Shown: piece by piece, positions 59,205 to 64,000 of the stretch
Position numbering within the stretch: position 1 is the first letter of the stretch
Layout: the number at the start of each line of letters is the position of its first letter
Assembly (NCBI GenBank): GCA_001600815.1
Contig: BCKZ01000010.1
Location: 327,527-391,526, forward strand
Source: Alloascoidea hylecoeti
Taxonomy: Eukaryota
Length of the DNA: 64,000 nucleotides
Reading direction: 5' to 3'
Notes under the pieces: model-generated
Database searches by the model: none
Told to the model about the DNA's origin: nothing
The model's input: only the letters and a program-made list of their open reading frames with translations
Translations under genes and position numbers: made by a program

Positions 59205-59433
59205 CAAAAACGACGTTAGCTTTAATGCACAACCAGGAAACAATAAATACACTACTTGCAGGAACACCAAACACTTTTAGGAACACCAAAATCTTAGGAT
59301 TTCACCCTCTTAGGGTCCACGTATCGCATTTTCTCGTAGGATTTAGGGCAGGGGAGGTTTCCCTCCGTGTATGTGTGTGCGTGAGTGGTGTCTGTGTTAG
59401 GCTGTACGTGCATTAAAGCTAACGTAGTTTTTG
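59205..59433. repeat. Foldback element with 26-bp inverted repeats
   Basis: CAAAAACGACGTTAGCTTTAATGCAC (59205-59230) versus the reverse complement of 59408-59433: 25 of 26 identical. Degenerate gapped extension outward. Confidence 0.8.
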
Positions 59434-59722
59434 AAAATATTTGAGGTTCTCAGATCCACGATCCTATTATTATCATATATAAATTATGTTAGAGCCCATA
59501 GTTCTCTTCCCTATTTCTCCTGTGTGATCATTGTCTAACCTCACTTGTAGATATAGGTATACCATCGTTGAAACTCGTGAGATTATAACAATAAGGTTAA
59601 TATTGACGAATAATGATTACATAACATGTGGGAAGAAAATTACTTAATCTTAATATTTATATATAAATAACTTAATTCGATGGCTTTTACCATCAACTTT
59701 CTACTACACTGTTTAACCAATT

Positions 59723-60313
59723 ATGTCTACTTCGTTCTTAACCCCAATTCTCAACAGAAGAAGTATTTACAATCTGAAGTCTACCTCAAAATTATCAAAA
59801 ACTGAAATTGAATCAATTGTTAGATCAATCGTTATAAACGCTCCAACTTCTTTCAACATCCAATCGGTTCGTGCTTTGATCCTAACTGAAGAAAAGGCCA
59901 GTGCATTATGGTCTTCTGTTATCAGTCAAGTATCCTCCACTCCAAATTACCCGGTTCCTGTTTCAAAATTCGAAAGGTTCAAAAATGCCTATGGCACGGT
60001 TATCTTCTTTGATGATTTGAAACCAATCAATGAATTGACCCAAAAATCCAACAGAATCTTTACTGAACAAGTTCCCATTTGGGCGGCTAATTCCAATGGA
60101 TTCGCTCAAATTTCGATCTGGTCAGCATTGGAAAGTGAAGGACTCGGTGCCAATTTACAACATTACAATGATTTTGTTTCAAAAGCTATTAAGGATTTAG
60201 GATTTAAAGTTCCAGAATATTGGGTTGTTAGAGCTGAATTAGTTTTTGGCGATGTTGAATCTCCACCAGGTGATAAAACTTTTATTAAAGAAGAATCCGT
60301 GATTGTTTTGTAA
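59723..60313 (+). CDS. Nitroreductase, Frm2/Hbn1 family (copy 3, most divergent)
   Basis: RRSIYNL, PTSFNIQSVRA and GLGANLQHYN motifs; 196 aa like the other two. Confidence 0.9.
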   Translation: MSTSFLTPILNRRSIYNLKSTSKLSKTEIESIVRSIVINAPTSFNIQSVRALILTEEKASALWSSVISQVSSTPNYPVPVSKFERFKNAYGTVIFFDDLKPINELTQKSNRIFTEQVPIWAANSNGFAQISIWSALESEGLGANLQHYNDFVSKAIKDLGFKVPEYWVVRAELVFGDVESPPGDKTFIKEESVIVL

Positions 60314-60403
60314 TATACATATCTTTATATTAAAATGCCTACTTATAGATTTATAAACACCAATGAATAAATCTCAGTATATTTAAGATATAGTTATTTA
60401 TAT

Positions 60404-62017
60404 TTATTCATCAACATTTCCAATCGCTTTAGCTAATTCAGCCAATTCGGTTGCATTATGAGAATCTAATAAAGAAATATCATCCCATTCAGGAGCGCTA
60501 AACCCATTCAACATGTAATATTTTGGAACACAACTACAATGTTTAAAACCAACGTCATTTAATTCATTTTCACATAAACATTGGTTTGTCAATTGTGTGT
60601 TTAAATCATGTGGACAAGTATAAAAAGGGCTATGAAAATAACCAATATCATCGAAATAATGAAGTTCACTTCTTTTTAAAAAGATAGAAGCAGCTATTGA
60701 ATGAACAGGCGCATCTCCCCATCTTTCGTAAAAGAATCCTCCGGCTTGATCTAAATAATTGAAATAATCTTGATATTGTTTTGATCTCCAAAAATCCAAA
60801 TCTGCAACTTCAAAATTTGACCAAAAATGACATAAACTATATGAATCCCCATCATCATCAGTCATTAAACGAAATAAGTTACCTTTTTCATTGTCATTAT
60901 TATCAAACCCATGAGACGAAGAAGATTTTAATTCATCTAAATAATGAGGATAATATGCTGATAGAAACTCTTTTGTAGTTTTCCATAATGTTGGAATTGT
61001 TTCTGGAATTTCTAATAATAACATTGTAAAACCATATTTTTTCTTATTTTCATTCATAAATTTAAAAATATCATATTTTAAAGAACAAAATATTTTAACA
61101 TTTGGTTCAATTCTCCAATAGTATTTAAATTGATTCATTAATGGATGTCTCCAAAAAAACCCCGATTGATATCTGCACATATGTCTATAAGAAACTGAAC
61201 CACCATATTTTATACCATTACTTTCCATTTTAAAGATACTTTTTTTGATTTTGTTTTCATCTAACCATTCAGGATATGACCACTGAGATGTTGGTACTTT
61301 ACCATAATATACTTGGCCTGAACATAATGAAGCAGTTTTTAATTTGAATTCTGGTGTAAAATCTTTATCATTTAAAAAAACCCATGAATAATGAAAATTA
61401 TGGTTAAATCGATCTTCAATTATTTGTATTGAAGATAATATAGCATCAAGTTCTGAGTTTCGAACTAATGAAACAAATGTAGCATTTTCTCTAAAGTTGT
61501 ATGAATCATAACTAGTGTCATTACTTGCAATAAAATCAGCCTCTTTTAATGGAATTAATGTTTGTGTACCATCTTTATTTGTTTTTAGTTTAAATTCTGG
61601 GGCATTATATACCATTTTTGATGAATTCATTAATGCTTGCTTTTTTTCTATTATTTCATTAAATTGTTTTTCATATTTCTGGTTGGTTTCTTGAATATCA
61701 GCTAAAGATTTATCATCGTTGTCATTTTTAACATCGATACCATTTTTTAAAAATTCCAGTGATGATTCGATTTTTTTATTTATTCCTTCTTCCCATTCAT
61801 TCAATTTAAGTAGATCGTCACCATCAAAAGCTGTATCCTCAAGAAGTGAACTTTGTGATGAAGGTATATTTTTTATATCCGTTGATTGTGAATCTGAAGA
61901 GGAACTTGTAGAAGAATATGTGAGTATTAATGCTATTATTATTAGTAATAAAAGTGTTGATAAAGTTCTAGTTGATGAGTGGCTACCGACACGATTTATG
62001 GACCTAACTCTAACCAT
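60404..62017 (-). CDS. GT15 alpha-1,2-mannosyltransferase (KRE2/MNT1/KTR family)
   Basis: Type II anchor and stem; RENATFVSLVRN, SYRHMCRYQSGFF, YYWRIEP, CHFWSNFEVADL and GGFFYERWGDAPVHSIA motifs. Confidence 0.93.
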   Translation of the reverse strand: MVRVRSINRVGSHSSTRTLSTLLLLIIIALILTYSSTSSSSDSQSTDIKNIPSSQSSLLEDTAFDGDDLLKLNEWEEGINKKIESSLEFLKNGIDVKNDNDDKSLADIQETNQKYEKQFNEIIEKKQALMNSSKMVYNAPEFKLKTNKDGTQTLIPLKEADFIASNDTSYDSYNFRENATFVSLVRNSELDAILSSIQIIEDRFNHNFHYSWVFLNDKDFTPEFKLKTASLCSGQVYYGKVPTSQWSYPEWLDENKIKKSIFKMESNGIKYGGSVSYRHMCRYQSGFFWRHPLMNQFKYYWRIEPNVKIFCSLKYDIFKFMNENKKKYGFTMLLLEIPETIPTLWKTTKEFLSAYYPHYLDELKSSSSHGFDNNDNEKGNLFRLMTDDDGDSYSLCHFWSNFEVADLDFWRSKQYQDYFNYLDQAGGFFYERWGDAPVHSIAASIFLKRSELHYFDDIGYFHSPFYTCPHDLNTQLTNQCLCENELNDVGFKHCSCVPKYYMLNGFSAPEWDDISLLDSHNATELAELAKAIGNVDE

Positions 62018-62316
62018 AATGGTTCATAATATAGATGGGTATCAAAATTTTAACAGTCTAAGGGGATATAAAAACCGAAAGTTATAAATAATGAAGTTTC
62101 AAGTCTACTTGTGTATGTAAAACCGGTACCTCGGAAGGGAGGAAAATTAAATATATGTACTTCCTTCATGACTGCAACAAACGGCATCCCTAGATCTAAG
62201 CCATCTGACAAACTTAGCCAAAGCCGACAACTCCATAAATAAAATTTTATATAGGACCGACCATCTAACTTCTATTATCTATACGATTATGCTAATTTAT
62301 TTACTTATTTATTTGT

Positions 62317-63756
62317 CTATTTATTAACTCCAGGAACATTATAGTTATTTATCTCATAATATTTCGGAACACAGCTAAAGTCAGTAAAAGCGATATCCTT
62401 ATTTGCTGAATCACATAAACAGTTATTCTCCAATTTTATCGCCGGATCTCTTGGACATGTAAACATCGGTGGATGGTAGTAACCAAAATCAGTAAAATAG
62501 TGAACCTCATCTCGTTTTAAAAAAATAGAAGCGGCTATTGAATGAACAGGCGCATCTCCCCATCGTTCATAAAAAAATCCACCTGCTTTATCTAAATAGT
62601 TGAAATATTCCTGATATTGTTTAGATCTCCAAAAATCCAAATCTGCAACTTCAAAATTTGACCAAAAATGACATAAATTGAAAGAACGTCCATTATCATC
62701 CGATATAAATTGTAATAAATTATCAAAATTTTGAGGATTTTTTAAATAATCTGGATAATTTGACATCAAAAATTCTCTTGTTGTTCTCCATAAAGTTTTA
62801 ATTGTTTGTGGATATTCTAATATTGAAATTGTAAAACTATATTTTTTCTTAAATTCTCTCATAAATTTAAAAATATCATATTTCAAATCACAATAAATTT
62901 TAACGTTTGGTTCAACTCTCCAATAATATTTAAATTGATTCATTAATGGATGTCTCCAAAAAAATCCTGACTGGTATCTACACATATGCCTATATGATAA
63001 TGAATCACCATAAATAACACCAGCACCTGTCATTTTTTTCATACAACTTTTAACCTTAGGTTTATCTAACCAGTCTGGTATACTCCATTCACTTGATTTG
63101 TCTATTTTCCCATAAAATACTTGTCCGGAACATAATGTCGCAGTTCTTAATTTAAATTCTGATGTGAATGGCTCATCGTTTAAAAAAACCCATGGATAGT
63201 GGAAATTCTTATTGAATCGATCTTCAAATATCCTTATTGATGATAATATTGAATCAAGCTCTGAATTCCTGACTAAAGAAACAAATGTAGCATTTTCTCT
63301 TGTTGTAAAATCCACATTGATACTATTAGTACTATTACTGTCATCTGTATCAAACAATGGAACAAATTTTGATGAACCATCATTATTTATAGATAATCTA
63401 TATTCAGGTGTATTATATTTAATCAAAAAATCTTTTTGTTTTAATTTCAAAACTTTCTCAAATTCTTTTTCATACCGTTGTTCTAATAAAAGTTCCAACT
63501 CCTCTTTTTCAACATCAGACATGTCTTTTAACCTTATTTCATCTTCTTTCTTTTTATTTGTTAAGTATTTCCATTTTAATAGTTCACTCTGAACCATATT
63601 ATATTCTGAAAGGTCTTTGGTTGTACCTGATGAACCATTAACAGCATAATAAATTGTTGTTATTATGATGAAAATAATCGATATGAAGAATAATGAAAAG
63701 AGTAGTTGATAGCATTTGTTCGCCTGAGGACGATGTGAAGATCTCACCCTAACCAT
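62317..63756 (-). CDS. GT15 alpha-1,2-mannosyltransferase (KRE2/MNT1/KTR family), tandem paralogue
   Basis: Same GT15 motifs; both paralogues begin MVRVRS. Confidence 0.93.
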   Translation of the reverse strand: MVRVRSSHRPQANKCYQLLFSLFFISIIFIIITTIYYAVNGSSGTTKDLSEYNMVQSELLKWKYLTNKKKEDEIRLKDMSDVEKEELELLLEQRYEKEFEKVLKLKQKDFLIKYNTPEYRLSINNDGSSKFVPLFDTDDSNSTNSINVDFTTRENATFVSLVRNSELDSILSSIRIFEDRFNKNFHYPWVFLNDEPFTSEFKLRTATLCSGQVFYGKIDKSSEWSIPDWLDKPKVKSCMKKMTGAGVIYGDSLSYRHMCRYQSGFFWRHPLMNQFKYYWRVEPNVKIYCDLKYDIFKFMREFKKKYSFTISILEYPQTIKTLWRTTREFLMSNYPDYLKNPQNFDNLLQFISDDNGRSFNLCHFWSNFEVADLDFWRSKQYQEYFNYLDKAGGFFYERWGDAPVHSIAASIFLKRDEVHYFTDFGYYHPPMFTCPRDPAIKLENNCLCDSANKDIAFTDFSCVPKYYEINNYNVPGVNK

Positions 63757-64000
63757 AACGATGTTAATATGAGTTTAAGACTATATGGTGAAAATAGGGG
63801 AAAGGAAAAACTGAGAATTGAATAATTTCATGGAATTCTCGGGAGGAGCAGAAATCTCACTTCAATGGAGCACGTGAACTACAACAGAAAAGAGGATATA
63901 AAATGGATGAAAGAAGATAAAACAGGGTAGAAGCGATCAATGTCACTGTTAGGAATAATCTGAGGGTCGTGATTAGTAAATCTTTATGTAACACCCTCAC

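Overview
AT-rich (roughly 30% GC by eye) nuclear DNA from a budding yeast (Saccharomycotina). CTG appears to be read as Leu, and I found one canonical GTATGT/TACTAAC/TAG intron. Recognisable genes: ZPR1 (cut by the window edge and missing from the ORF track), TSC2, a PI31/FUB1-like gene, PUF3 and KNS1 (divergent, around a sharp GC peak), a yapsin-like aspartic protease with three 147-bp repeats, an N-terminally extended REX2-like oligoribonuclease, POT1, a MARVEL-like membrane protein, tRNA-Ser(AGA), an intron-containing orphan membrane protein, a GZF3/DAL80-type GATA factor, WAR1, three FRM2/HBN1-type nitroreductases, AIM6 and two tandem KRE2/MNT1-family mannosyltransferases. Most unusual signals: (1) a 191-aa protein that looks like a repurposed Yrb1/RanBP1 domain carrying a myristoylation/palmitoylation signal and a PPPY motif, sitting between two copies of a decayed Bul1/arrestin-like gene; (2) a TA-flanked 257-bp MITE-like element and a second foldback element; (3) a symmetric GC peak flanked by AT troughs across PUF3/KNS1; (4) a mosaic nitroreductase triplet with tandem Yap1-type sites; (5) several pseudogene relics, including FPR3/4. 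All family calls come from motif recognition by eye; no database search was run.
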